This document shows, one piece after another, positions 40,247 to 50,582 of a DNA stretch of 64,000 nucleotides. Origin of the DNA: Bryobacterales bacterium (lineage in GTDB: Bacteria; Acidobacteriota; Terriglobia; Bryobacterales; UBA6623); assembly GCA_963422375.2 (NCBI GenBank), contig OY729428.2:1248001-1312000 (forward strand), written 5' to 3'. How positions within the stretch are numbered: position 1 is the stretch's first letter; the number at the start of each line of letters is the position of its first letter. The notes under the pieces are model-generated. The model saw nothing but the letters and a program-made list of their open reading frames with translations. It made no database searches and was not told the origin of the DNA. The translations under genes and the position numbers were made by a program.

Positions 40247-41764
40247 TCACATTCTCGGGAAAACGCCCTTGAGTGCCGGGTACATCTCCTGGAACAGGTC
40301 GTACGCACGTTCGTAGGTCCGTACCAGACCCGGATCCGATTCGAGCCGGTTGCGCTCCGCGATCAGACTGCGGCAGGCCTCTTTCACGGATGCGAACTGG
40401 CCGGTGCCGACCATTGCCAGCAGCGCCGCCCCGTAGGCCGACCCTTCCTGCGTTTGCAGCGTCGCGATCGGCTTCTGGAAGACGCCGGCGAGAATGCTCA
40501 GCCATAGGGGGGACTTCGCTCCCCCGCCCGAGGCACGCACCGCGCTCACGGCCGCCCCGAGCGATTCGATCACACCGAGGCAGTCGCGCAAGCTGTAGGA
40601 GACGCCTTCGAGAATCGACCGGACCAAGTGCGCCCTGGTGTGCTTCGCGGTGAGTCCGATCCAGCCGCCCCGGGCGTACGCGTCCAAGTGGGGGGTGCGA
40701 TCGCCCATGAGATAGGGGAGCCAGAAGAGTCCCTCCGAGCCGGGCTGGACGGCGGCCGCCTCCTCCGTCAGCAGGTCGTAGACTTCAAGGTCGCGTTCCC
40801 GAGCTTCCTGCTCGAGACCGGAGGCCAGCTGGTTGCGGAACCACTGCAGGCTGAGGCCGGCGCCTTGGGTCACTCCCATCACGTGCCATTTCCCGGGCAC
40901 GGCATGGCAGAAGGTATGCACTCTCCCTTCTGGGTCGTAGGCCGGTTCTTCCAGATGGGAGAAAACCACTCCCGAGGTGCCGACCGTACAGGACACCAGA
41001 CCCGACTCGACGATCCCGTTGCCGACCGCGCTGGCGGCCTGGTCGCCGCCTCCGCCCACCACCGGAGTTCCAGCCATCAGCCCGGTCTCGGCGGCGAGGG
41101 CGGCGGTCACGCGTCCGGCGGCAGCCGGCGACTCCACCACATCGGGCAGGATCGACGCGTCGATGCCGAGCCGCTCGATCAACGGCCACGCCCAGCGGCG
41201 CCTAGCGACGTTGAAGAGCGCGGTGCCCGAGGCATCCGACACCTCGCTGACGTACTCGCCGGTCAGCCTGAAGCGGATGTAATCCTTGGGCAGGAGCATC
41301 CTCCGGATCCGGGCGTAGCTAGCCGGATCGTGGTCGCGAACCCAGAGCAGCTTAGGGGCCGTGAATCCGGTCAGCACGGGATTGGCGGTCTGCTCCAGGA
41401 CCATGGCCTCGCCAGCGGTCGCGTTGATCCAGTCGACCTGCTCCTGGCTGCGCTGGTCGCACCAGATGAGCGCGGGACGGACGACCTCGTCGCTAGCGTC
41501 CAGCAGCGTCAGGCCGTGCATCTGGCCGGACAGACCGATGCCGGCGACGTCGCCCCCGGCGACCCCGGCCTTGGCCAGCACGCCGCGGATCGCCTCGCGA
41601 GCGGCATCCCACCAGTTCTCGGGCCTCTGCTCGGCCCATAGCGGCCGATGCATCCGGATTTCTTCGTGCCCGACGGTGACGCCGCGGGCGACGCTGCCGT
41701 CCGCCCGCACCAAGAGCGCGCGCGACCCGCCCGTCCCCACGTCAATGCCTAGCCAGTACTTCAT
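40247..41764 (-). CDS. xylB: Xylulokinase (FGGY family)
   Basis: LGIDVGT, SGQMHG, IWCDQR, FTAPKLLW, GGGDQ, GGGAKS. Confidence 0.93.
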   Translation of the reverse strand: MKYWLGIDVGTGGSRALLVRADGSVARGVTVGHEEIRMHRPLWAEQRPENWWDAAREAIRGVLAKAGVAGGDVAGIGLSGQMHGLTLLDASDEVVRPALIWCDQRSQEQVDWINATAGEAMVLEQTANPVLTGFTAPKLLWVRDHDPASYARIRRMLLPKDYIRFRLTGEYVSEVSDASGTALFNVARRRWAWPLIERLGIDASILPDVVESPAAAGRVTAALAAETGLMAGTPVVGGGGDQAASAVGNGIVESGLVSCTVGTSGVVFSHLEEPAYDPEGRVHTFCHAVPGKWHVMGVTQGAGLSLQWFRNQLASGLEQEARERDLEVYDLLTEEAAAVQPGSEGLFWLPYLMGDRTPHLDAYARGGWIGLTAKHTRAHLVRSILEGVSYSLRDCLGVIESLGAAVSAVRASGGGAKSPLWLSILAGVFQKPIATLQTQEGSAYGAALLAMVGTGQFASVKEACRSLIAERNRLESDPGLVRTYERAYDLFQEMYPALKGVFPRM

Positions 41765-42534
41765 GCGGTCCTCCCGCTGGAGTCGTCCGAGCCGTCCGGG
41801 CGCGGGCCCGCGGCGAGGGTCTCGATCTCGGCGCGCAGCGCGCCCGTCAGCGGTCGGGAGGCAATGCCGCCCGGTCCGTCGGTCCGCATCGGCTCCCCGA
41901 TGCGCAGCTCCACGATGCCGGGCCTCAGATGCCACGATCCGGGAGCGAGCACGCGACGGGTCCCGGCGATGGCCATAGGTACGATCGGCACGCCAGCTTG
42001 GATCGCTATGTGGGCCGCGCCCGCCTTGAAGGGCCGGGCCGCCGCGCTACGGCGACGCCCGCCTTCCGGAAAAACCAGGATGGAGCGGCCCGCCCGCACC
42101 TTTCCGGCCGCGTCGGAGATGTTCCGCGCCGCGCGCCGCGCGTTCGCCCGGTCTACCGGCAGGTGGCCGGCCCGGTCGAGGTGCCAGCCGATGAAAGGGA
42201 TTTTCCACAAGCCCGACCGGGCCAGGATCCGAAACGAGCGGGGCATGAATCCGAACATTAGAGGCGTGTCGATCAGGCTGAAGTGGTTCGACGCGAAGAC
42301 GTAGGGCTGCCCGGAATCCAAGCGCTCAGCGCCCCGGACGCGCACGTCCACGAGGAACACAGCCATCAGCATGCGTCCCCAACTTCGCGCGACTCGATGC
42401 TGCCGCTCGCCCCGGCTGTCCACCAGCGAGCAAGCGAGCGACAGGAGCCCCATGGCGCTGGTGATCGCCAAGAGCATCGGGATCATCCAAAACACCGAGC
42501 GCAGAAGGCTCAACGTCTCCCGCAGCCCGCCCAA
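41761..42534 (-). CDS. plsC: 1-acyl-sn-glycerol-3-phosphate acyltransferase
   Basis: NHFSLID (HX4D), FPEG, PIVP. Confidence 0.9.
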   Translation of the reverse strand: MGGLRETLSLLRSVFWMIPMLLAITSAMGLLSLACSLVDSRGERQHRVARSWGRMLMAVFLVDVRVRGAERLDSGQPYVFASNHFSLIDTPLMFGFMPRSFRILARSGLWKIPFIGWHLDRAGHLPVDRANARRAARNISDAAGKVRAGRSILVFPEGGRRRSAAARPFKAGAAHIAIQAGVPIVPMAIAGTRRVLAPGSWHLRPGIVELRIGEPMRTDGPGGIASRPLTGALRAEIETLAAGPRPDGSDDSSGRTA

Positions 42535-42543
42535 GACCCGATT

Positions 42544-43827
42544 CTATCCGAGCAGGTCGCGGGCCTCCCCGACGAGAAATATGGAACCCGCGACCACAAT
42601 CCATCCCCTGGGGTCCGTTCCGGCTCGCGCCGAGAGGAGAGCTCGCTCTACGTCGGCCGCGGTCTCCACGCGCGGATGGTGGTGGCCGACCGTCGCGCGC
42701 AGGGCGCGGGGGCTTGCGGACCGCCGCACCTTCGAACGAGTCAGCAGGACACGGTCCGCGGCCGGGAAGATCCAGCCGGCGATCTCGTCCACGGCCTTGT
42801 CCCGCGAGGATCCGTAGACTAGCGTGACGCTCCTCCCGCGCGCTTCGCTCCCTAGGAATGCGGCTAGCGAGCGGGCCCCGTCAGGGTTGTGAGCGGCGTC
42901 CAGCAGGACACGCGGATCCGAGCTGGCGAATTCGAGCCTGCCGGGCCAGCGGACCCGGCGCAGGCCGGCTGCAATGCTGTCCGCCGGCACGCCCAGCGCA
43001 TCGAGGGCGGCGACTGCCACCAAAGCGTTCTCGACTTGGTGCTGGCCCGCCAAGCCGAGCCTGGCAGCGACCGAGCGGTCGCGGCCGGCAACAGTGATGC
43101 GCCAGCGACCAGCCTCGCTGGCTGCATCCCGGACTTCCCAGTCCGCCTCGCAGTCCCGAACGTCCGCCACTGCCGCGCGGCAGCAGCGCAGCAGCACCCG
43201 GCGGGCCTCCGGGGCCTGGCGCCCGATGACCGCCAGGCTGCCGGGCTTGACGATCGCCCCCTTCTCGGCGGCGATACGTCGCAAGCCGCGGCCGAGATAC
43301 CGTTCGTGGTCATGATCGACGCGCGTGAACGCGACGAGCTCGGGGCGCACCACGTTGCTGGCGTCGAGCCGACCGCCCAAGCCCGTCTCGACGATGCGGG
43401 ACCGGCAGCCGGCCTGCTCGAAGAGCACTAGCGCCACCGCCGTAACCGCCTCGAAGAAGGTCGGGTGCGCCCCGCGGCCGTGCTGGGCCACGATGCGCTC
43501 GTTCGCCCTCCGCACGGGCTCGACGGCGCGGCCGAGCGCCTCGTCCGATACCGGGCGTCCGTCCAGCAGGAAGCGCTCGTTGATGCGCGAGAGGTGCGGC
43601 GACGTGTACAGCCCAGTCGAGCGGCCCGCCGCACGAAGGCCGCTCTCGATCATGGCGGCGGCGGATCCCTTGCCGTTGGTGCCAGCGATGTGGACAATTC
43701 CGGGGGCCCGCTCGGGGTGGCCCAGCTCGGCCATGAGCCGCTCCATGCGGTGCAGGCCGAAGCTCTCCTTGCGAACCGAGCCCAGCAGGGAGAAGAGGTA
43801 CCGGACCGACGGGTGCGCCGACTCCAT
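42544..43827 (-). CDS. folC: Folylpolyglutamate/dihydrofolate synthase
   Basis: HIAGTNGKGS, TSPHL, ETGLGGRLDASN, WPGR, DAAHN. Confidence 0.95.
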   Translation of the reverse strand: MESAHPSVRYLFSLLGSVRKESFGLHRMERLMAELGHPERAPGIVHIAGTNGKGSAAAMIESGLRAAGRSTGLYTSPHLSRINERFLLDGRPVSDEALGRAVEPVRRANERIVAQHGRGAHPTFFEAVTAVALVLFEQAGCRSRIVETGLGGRLDASNVVRPELVAFTRVDHDHERYLGRGLRRIAAEKGAIVKPGSLAVIGRQAPEARRVLLRCCRAAVADVRDCEADWEVRDAASEAGRWRITVAGRDRSVAARLGLAGQHQVENALVAVAALDALGVPADSIAAGLRRVRWPGRLEFASSDPRVLLDAAHNPDGARSLAAFLGSEARGRSVTLVYGSSRDKAVDEIAGWIFPAADRVLLTRSKVRRSASPRALRATVGHHHPRVETAADVERALLSARAGTDPRGWIVVAGSIFLVGEARDLLG

Positions 43828-43833
43828 CCGCCC

Positions 43834-44667
43834 CTAGCCGGCCTGGTCGCGGAAGAAATCCAAGGCGCTCCCGATGTACTTCTTCAGCCGCCGCCGCGGC
43901 ACCACCGCGTCGAGCATCCCGTGCTTCAGCAGGAACTCAGCCCTCTGGAACCCCTTGGGGAGCTTCTGGCGGATGGTCTGCTCGATCACGCGCGGCCCGG
44001 CGAAGCCGATCAGAGCGCCCGGCTCGGCGATGTTCAGGTCTCCCAGCATCGCGAAGCTCGCGGTGACCCCGCCGGTCGTGGGGTCGGTCAGAACGCTGAT
44101 GTACGGCACGCGGACCCGCGCGAGATGCTTGAGCGCGGCAGACACCTTGGCCATCTGGACCAAGCTCACCACACCCTCCATCATGCGCGCGCCGCCGGAG
44201 GCGGACACGATGACCAGCGGCTTGCGGTCGCGGGCGGCCAGCTCCGCGGTTCGCGTGAGCTTCTCCCCCACAACCGCGCCCATGCTGCCGCCGATGAAGC
44301 TGTATTCCATCGCGCACACCAGCACGTCGTGGCCCTCGAGCCTGCCGGCGCCGCAAATGACGGCGTCGTTCAGGCCGGTGGTCTGCTTGGCCTGATCCAG
44401 CCGGTCCTGGTACGGCTTGCGGTCATTGAATTGCAGGGCGTTCGTTGAACGGAGGTTTCCGGCGATGTCGTCCCATCTCCCGTCATCGAACAGCATTCCG
44501 AGCCGGTCGCGCGCACCGATCTTGAAATGGAACCCGCAACCCTCGCAAACCATCCCCTGCGCTTCGAGATCCTTTTTCCAGATGGGAGCCGAACACGAAT
44601 CGCACTTGATCCAGAGGCCTTCGGTAACGACTCTCTTGGGTTCGTGCTCGCGCTTGAACCAAGGCAT
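43834..44667 (-). CDS. accD: Acetyl-CoA carboxylase carboxyltransferase beta subunit
   Basis: LWIKCDSC zinc finger, GGSMGAVVGEK, SGGARMMEG, GGVTASFAMLGD. Confidence 0.96.
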   Translation of the reverse strand: MPWFKREHEPKRVVTEGLWIKCDSCSAPIWKKDLEAQGMVCEGCGFHFKIGARDRLGMLFDDGRWDDIAGNLRSTNALQFNDRKPYQDRLDQAKQTTGLNDAVICGAGRLEGHDVLVCAMEYSFIGGSMGAVVGEKLTRTAELAARDRKPLVIVSASGGARMMEGVVSLVQMAKVSAALKHLARVRVPYISVLTDPTTGGVTASFAMLGDLNIAEPGALIGFAGPRVIEQTIRQKLPKGFQRAEFLLKHGMLDAVVPRRRLKKYIGSALDFFRDQAG

Positions 44668-44946
44668 TGGGTGGGGACCCCCAGCGAGGCCGGGTACCCG
44701 CAATATACCGATGATAGCCACTCCGCTTGGCGCGCTCCCAACAAGAGCGGGTCGGAATGGAATTCTCCGCCGCAGCCCGCATCCGCCTAGCCGACGGCCA
44801 AGGCTATCGGCGGTTGAGAGGCGGCAGCCTCCCGGGCGATCCAAGCCCCTTGCGGTAGGCGAGGGGGCGTAGTGCCAAGCGGTCTCGGGAGGAACAGCGC
44901 GGGTCCCATGCGGGCCCGGACCCCGGGGTCGCCCTAGGAGACGACG

Positions 44947-46032
44947 TCAAGCCGCGCAGTGCCCGACGGCGCTAGGCCGCAGAACGTCGGCTGGGGCAGG
45001 AGGCGCTCCGAGCCCGGGGCTGGCCTCCGTCGCGCTCGCCGTTCCGGGGCGCTCCGGCCGCTCGAACAGGGACCTCTGCACCGGCCCTGCCGTCCGGCCC
45101 TCTCCGTCAGGTCCCCACGGCACCGAGGCCGCTAGGCCGTGCTCGCGCCGAATCCGACGGACCCTCTCGGACAACCAGTCGCGGTATCCCGGAGCGACGT
45201 ACGCGCCGCGGTGGTAGTGCGCCTTGTAGCGCACGGCCAAGCGGGGGAACTCGTGCTCGAGGAACGGCATCAGGCGTGCCCTGGCAGCATTGGGCAGGAA
45301 CAGGGGATTGGCGCTCCAGAAACAGGCCTCCGCTTCCAGCGCAGCCTTGGCGACCCCCGACAGAATCTCCCGCGTGTCAGTGAGCAGAGGCAGCACCGGG
45401 GCGCTGAACACGCCTGCGCAAAGGCCGCGGGCGCGCAGCTGGCGCACCGCATCGAGGCGCTTGTCGGGCCGCGGGGCGCGCGGCTCGAGCAGGCGCGCCA
45501 AGGGGTCGTCGGTGGTGGTGATCGTGACGCTGACGTGGAGCTCGTTCCGGGCGGCGATCACGCCAAGCAAGTCGATGTCTCTCAATATCAGGTCGGACTT
45601 GGTCGTGATCCCGAGCGTGCATCCGGAGATCCGCGAGAAGACCTCGAGAATGCCTCTCGTCGTCCCGAAGCGCCGCTCGGCGGGCTGGTATGGGTCCGTG
45701 CCGGTGCCGATCGCGATGGCCCCCTCGAGACCGCGAGCAAGTTCGCGCGCGAGCAGGTCCTTGGCCTGCTCCTTCGAGAACACGAGGGAGTCGAACTGGC
45801 CCGGGTCCTCGATCCCGAGGTACTTGTGCGTGTAGGCGGCGTAGCAGTAGTGGCAGCCGATCTCGCAGCCGCGGTACGGGTTGATTGTCCAGCGGAACGG
45901 CATGCGGGGGTTCGCGCAGCGGTTTAGGATGCTTTTCGACGGGAGGGCGCGGTACTCGACTTTGCGCTTCCTCGCAAGAGTCTTGCCGCTCGCGGCCAAG
46001 GCGGCGATCCCAATGGGCTGTTGGTCGGGCAT
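44947..46032 (-). CDS. Radical SAM protein (SPL / Rv2578c-like, DNA-repair associated)
   Basis: INPYRGCEIGCHYCYA (CxxxCxxC), TDPYQPAE, ITTKS, LEPRAP. Confidence 0.9.
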   Translation of the reverse strand: MPDQQPIGIAALAASGKTLARKRKVEYRALPSKSILNRCANPRMPFRWTINPYRGCEIGCHYCYAAYTHKYLGIEDPGQFDSLVFSKEQAKDLLARELARGLEGAIAIGTGTDPYQPAERRFGTTRGILEVFSRISGCTLGITTKSDLILRDIDLLGVIAARNELHVSVTITTTDDPLARLLEPRAPRPDKRLDAVRQLRARGLCAGVFSAPVLPLLTDTREILSGVAKAALEAEACFWSANPLFLPNAARARLMPFLEHEFPRLAVRYKAHYHRGAYVAPGYRDWLSERVRRIRREHGLAASVPWGPDGEGRTAGPVQRSLFERPERPGTASATEASPGLGAPPAPADVLRPSAVGHCAA

Positions 46033-46040
46033 ACGCTGAT

Positions 46041-46102
46041 TTTCGCATTATATTCCCTTAAATGCAAGGGTCGGGGAGGCATTTTAGCGAAATTCGCACG
46101 AA
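46041..46102 (-). promoter_or_regulatory. AT-rich promoter with TATAAT and two 11-bp-period direct repeats (candidate LexA boxes)
   Basis: ttcg-N7-ttcc at 46042-46056 overlapping the minus-strand TATAAT; cgaa-N7-cgaa at 46088-46102. Confidence 0.45.
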
Positions 46103-47081
46103 GAAGCGTAGTCTTCGAGGAAGTGCTCAGGTACGGAACACGGGCGATCACCTGTCTGGAGACATTGAATTCGGTCGGAGCCCTCGCACGGGGCGGTGGG
46201 GCGATAGCCCTCGTTCCGCGCTTCGGCCCGCTAGAGCGGGTTCCATCGAGCGTCCGGCCGGGCGCGTCGGTTTCGCGGCGAGCCACCGGCGCGGTTCGGA
46301 GCCAGGCCCCCCCCCGCCAGCGGCGCAGCTGCTCGCAGCGACTCCCGCGCCGACCGCCGGGCCGGCTTAACCGCCGCTTCGCACTCGCAGGCGAAGGGTT
46401 CGCCCTCTCAGTAACAGCACTCCGCACGCGCTGTCCGCCCCAGGCGCGCGTTGATCAAGTCCCTGCCCTACGAGTCAAGACTCCTAGCACCACGGTCGGC
46501 ACTGCAACAGCCGCCTCGGCCAGCTCGCAGGAGCGGTGGGCATTCAGCAGCCACCCAAGTGCGCGCCCCCGCCCACGCACACCTCGTCCTCTCTCTACAG
46601 GTCCAGCGGCTTGCTCGCGACCATCTCATTGACCGTCTTCTCAACCACTTACGAGTCAGGATCTCCGACGAACGTATGGCGGAGAACTTTGACTTTCCGA
46701 GCTTGTGTCTCATTCTTCAGGTGCCCTAGCGTCCAAGGCAGCGCTACAACTTTCCCGATCTCGCGCGCGGCGATTCAGAAGGATCTAACGTATTCGCCCT
46801 GAGGAGTTCCGCCGACCCGCCCTTGTATTCATTCATTCCCACCCTTGTGGGCTACGACACAGGACTGACTCTGGTTGATACCTCGTTCCAATGCAATCGA
46901 CGTCAATGGTGCGCCTTCACTGGTTCACTGTCAAGCATCTCAAGGCAATGCGTGGTCATGACCACTTGCACATAATGACTAGAATATTCCATTAGGTCAA
47001 GAATTGTCCCATACGCTTCGGGATGAACAGAGGACTCAGGCTCCTCAACAGCCAGTAGCTATAATGCCTAGGTCTCCCGCT

Positions 47082-47324
47082 CTACCCCCTCGCTAGCTTC
47101 CGTTCCTTAGTTGTTCCTACTACTGAGATTCCTCTTCTGCTATCAAATACCTGTTCCGAAGGATGGTTCATCCATTCAGATGGAAGCTCAAGAGCGGCCA
47201 TCAAGTTACTCTTTCCCAATCCATTTGTCCCTCCAATCACTGTGAATTCATCGAATTCTATGCCCCTCGAAGCGCAGCTCAGAAATCCGTTCAATGTCAG
47301 GCGAGTCAATCTCGGCTCAATCAC
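47082..47324 (-). pseudogene. N-terminal fragment of an SMC/AAA_21/OLD-type ABC ATPase in an AT-richer patch
   Basis: LTRLTLNGFLSC...FTVIGGTNGLGKSNLMAAL (Walker A), then a stop after 80 codons. Confidence 0.7.
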
Positions 47325-47625
47325 GATTCACTTGATCGCTTCAAGCAGTTTGGAGAATACTGACCCATAAGGGACCCCAATGGCAATGCGTGGGCTACTG
47401 CTCGAGTAGCCTTCGGGCAGCATTCAGGGAATCACGGACCGTCCACGAGTGCGATCGAAGCCACGAGCCGCGTTGCAACGCAGTCATGAACTCCAGCCTT
47501 GAGGGGAGATTCGCTGGCCCCGTGTCAGAGACGGTGGGCTTCGGAACAGCACCAAAGCAAATTGCCGCGACGACGGGAAGTTCTGGAGATCCCGCCCATC
47601 AACGTCCAGCGGCCACACCACGGCC

Positions 47626-48729
47626 CTAAGAATGCACTGCGCCCGTCAGGATCCCCAGCATCCTGCGGAGGGGCTCGGCGGCCCCCCAGAGCAGTTGGTC
47701 CCCCACAGTGAAGGCCCCGAGATAGCCCGGTCCAAGCTTCAGCTTGCGGACACGTCCGACCGCAATGTCGAGCGTCCCGGCAACGGCGGCAGGCGTCAGG
47801 CCACCAAGCGTCTCTTCCTTAGTGTTACCCACGACCCGCACCCAAGGGTTCCCGTTCCGCAACAGAGCGAGCGATTCTTCAAGGGACACGTCTCGGGAGA
47901 GCTTGATGCAAAGTGCCTGGCTGTGGCATCGCAGGGCGTCCACTCGGGCGCACGTTCCGTCGATCCTGACCGGCGGGTCGGCCGCCAGCAGCCTGCTCGC
48001 CTCCACGCTCGCCTTCCACTCCTCCCTAGTCTGACCGCCCTCCATCGCGGCGTCAATCCACGGGAGTACGTTGCAGGCCAAGGGCGCGCCGATCTCCCCT
48101 GTCGGCAGAGACTCCAGTCGCTGCAGGCCGGTGATCGCCCTCTCGGTCTCGACGCTCGAGAGGGTTTCCAAGTCGGTGTCGGAGAGGGCCATGTGCCGCA
48201 TCTGCCGCGCCAGCTCCGAAAGCTTGCGGGCACCCGCGCCGGAGACCGCCTGATATGTCATCGTGCTGACCCACTCGACCAGCCCCGCGCGAAAGAGGCC
48301 TCCGACGGCCATAAGAAGCAGGCTCACCGTGCAGTTCGCCCCGATGAAATCGCGGCACCCGGCGCGAAGGCGCTCGCGAATCCGGTCGCCGTTGACCGGA
48401 TCCAGCACCAAGGTCGCGTCCTCTCTCAGCCGCAGCCTCGACGATGCGTCGATCCAGTAGCCGGCCCATCCGGCCCGACGCAGCGGATCGTAGACATCCG
48501 ACGTGTAGCCTCCACCCTGGCAGGTCAGAATGACATCGCATGCCCGGAGTCTGGAGAGGTCGCGGGCGTCCTGCAGGGTCGCGGTGGAACTCTCGCTCGG
48601 GGCGAGCCCCCCGGCATTCGACGTACTGAAGAAGCGAAACTCCGCCTTCCGGAAATCCCCCTCCGCACGCATCCGCTCCGCGAGGACGCTGCCGACCATC
48701 CCGCGCCAGCCGACGAATCCTACCCGCAT
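47626..48729 (-). CDS. asd: Aspartate-semialdehyde dehydrogenase
   Basis: VGWRGMVGSVL, WIDASS, NCTVSL, TYQAVSGAG, CHSQ, GDQLLWGAAEP. Confidence 0.96.
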   Translation of the reverse strand: MRVGFVGWRGMVGSVLAERMRAEGDFRKAEFRFFSTSNAGGLAPSESSTATLQDARDLSRLRACDVILTCQGGGYTSDVYDPLRRAGWAGYWIDASSRLRLREDATLVLDPVNGDRIRERLRAGCRDFIGANCTVSLLLMAVGGLFRAGLVEWVSTMTYQAVSGAGARKLSELARQMRHMALSDTDLETLSSVETERAITGLQRLESLPTGEIGAPLACNVLPWIDAAMEGGQTREEWKASVEASRLLAADPPVRIDGTCARVDALRCHSQALCIKLSRDVSLEESLALLRNGNPWVRVVGNTKEETLGGLTPAAVAGTLDIAVGRVRKLKLGPGYLGAFTVGDQLLWGAAEPLRRMLGILTGAVHS

Positions 48730-48781
48730 CCTGCTCAGGCTTGCCGACGGGCCTTGGACCGCGGCCACGCCTACGGAGAAC

Positions 48782-49030
48782 TCAGCCGTCGCTGGCAGAA
48801 TCCTGCGCCTCGGCCCCCTGCCAAGCGCTGATCTTTAGCCGCCAGCATACCCAGCAGAGACCCTCCGAGCGCTGCGTCGCATCCGGCGCCGCACAGATCC
48901 GGCAGGCCAGTCTAGCCGGCGGTTCGGCAGGGAATACATGCTCCTTGACGTTGTCGATTTCCCTGACTGCGTCGAGCAGGGGCGGGCGGGCCGGAACTTC
49001 GACGGTCTGAGTCTTGGTTGCCTTGCGCAT
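48782..49030 (-). CDS. Small hypothetical protein with two CxxC motifs
   Basis: CRIC...EGLCWVC; co-oriented and directly upstream of asd. Confidence 0.65.
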   Translation of the reverse strand: MRKATKTQTVEVPARPPLLDAVREIDNVKEHVFPAEPPARLACRICAAPDATQRSEGLCWVCWRLKISAWQGAEAQDSASDG

Positions 49031-49143
49031 CGCTCGCACCTGTTTGTCGCATCTTAAGCCTAGCGCATCGCAGGCCCGGCGCGTCAGCACCGAAGACTGC
49101 GCTCTTCGGTGCCCATCAATTCGATCCGAGCGCCAGCTCGCAG

Positions 49144-50580
49144 TCAGGCCAGCAGCTTGTCTACCACCGTCCCAGCGACGTCCGTGAGACGGAAATCGCG
49201 GCCCTGGTGCCGGTAGGTCAGGCGCTCGTGATCAAACCCTAGGCAGTGGAGGAGGCTCGCCTGCAGATCATGCACATGGACCCGGTCCTCGACCGCCTCG
49301 AGCCCGATGTCGTCGGTCCTCCCGACTACCCGGCCGGCCGCGATCCCCCCGCCGGCCAGCCACATGCTGAAGCAGTCGGGATGGTGGTCCCGGCCGGGAT
49401 CCTCGTCCTGCCGGTCGATCTGCGCCATGGGCGTCCGCCCGAACTCGCTGGCCCAGATGACCAGCGTGGAGTCCAGCAGTCCGCGCTGCTTGAGGTCCTT
49501 GACGAGGGCGGCCGTGGGCCGGTCGACAGCGGCGCAGTTTCTCGCGTGGCCCTTGTCCAGCTCCTTGTGGTCGTCCCAGTCTCCGTGGGTCAGCATCACG
49601 AAGCGGACTCCTCGCTCGACCATCCGACGCGCCAGCAGGCAGTTCGTGCCGTACGCGTGGGTGGCCTCCTGCCCGATCCCGTACGACTCGAGAAGGCGGT
49701 CGGGCTCGCCGGAAAAGTCGAGCAGGCGCGGCACCGCGATCTGCATGCGGAAGGCCAGCTCGTACGAGGCGATGCGGGCGGCTATCTCCATGTCGCCGGT
49801 CCGTCGCAGCCGCCTTTGGTTGAGATCCCGGATCGTTTCGATACGCGCGCGCTGAAGCTCCTCGGTAATGCCCTCCGGGTTGGAGACGTAGAGAATCGAA
49901 TCCCCGACCGAGCGGAAGCGCGTTCCTTGGTAGGCCGACGGCAGGAATCCGTTGGACCAGATGTTGGAGCCGGCGTTCGGCCCCTTGCCCGATCCGAGGA
50001 CCACGAATCCCGGAAGGTCGCGGGACTCGCTGCCGAGGCCGTAGGCCACCCACGACCCGACCGAGGGCCGGCCGAATTGCGTGACGCCCGTGGAGAGCAG
50101 CAGCGCGCCCGGGTCGTGATTGAAGGCCTCCGTATGCATGGTGCGGATCATGCAGATGTCGTCGGCGCAGGTCCCTAGATGCGGCAGCCAGTCCGAGAAC
50201 TCGATGCCGCTCCGGCCGTGAGGCCGGAAGGTGCGGGCACTGGGCATGATCTTCGCGTTCGGCTTGATGAAGGCCAGCTTGAGGTCCTTCGTGCGCGAGG
50301 GCGGCAGCGGCTGCCCGGCCCACTTGGCGAGACCCGGCTTGGGATCGAACAGATCCAGCTGGCTGGGCGCTCCCGACTGGTAGATGAGGATGGCGTTCGT
50401 CGCCTTGGGGGCGAAGTGCGGCTCCCTCGGATCCAGCGGATTCGCGTCGCCCGCATCCGTCGCCGTCCGGCCTTCCACAGCGAGCAGGTCCGCCAGCGCC
50501 GCCGTGCCGAGACCGCCCGAGCACCTCTCCAAGAAACCCCGCCGGGCAATGATGCGCCGGAAGTCGGCCGGGTTCTGCAT
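49144..50580 (-). CDS. DUF1501 domain protein
   Basis: RRGFL Tat-like motif, PSQLDLFDPKP, LLARRMVERGVRFV, WDDH, EFGRTP, GRDHH, RLTDV. Confidence 0.93.
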   Translation of the reverse strand: MQNPADFRRIIARRGFLERCSGGLGTAALADLLAVEGRTATDAGDANPLDPREPHFAPKATNAILIYQSGAPSQLDLFDPKPGLAKWAGQPLPPSRTKDLKLAFIKPNAKIMPSARTFRPHGRSGIEFSDWLPHLGTCADDICMIRTMHTEAFNHDPGALLLSTGVTQFGRPSVGSWVAYGLGSESRDLPGFVVLGSGKGPNAGSNIWSNGFLPSAYQGTRFRSVGDSILYVSNPEGITEELQRARIETIRDLNQRRLRRTGDMEIAARIASYELAFRMQIAVPRLLDFSGEPDRLLESYGIGQEATHAYGTNCLLARRMVERGVRFVMLTHGDWDDHKELDKGHARNCAAVDRPTAALVKDLKQRGLLDSTLVIWASEFGRTPMAQIDRQDEDPGRDHHPDCFSMWLAGGGIAAGRVVGRTDDIGLEAVEDRVHVHDLQASLLHCLGFDHERLTYRHQGRDFRLTDVAGTVVDKLLA

Positions 50581-50582
50581 GG

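Noticed and set aside
44860..44905. SRP RNA (ffs)
   Set aside because: Only loosely resembles the CAGG-n-CCGGAAGGAAGCAGC core; the tetraloop motif is not matched
46468..46800. PIN/VapC-like or other nuclease remnant
   Set aside because: The resemblance is too weak and interrupted by stops to name a family
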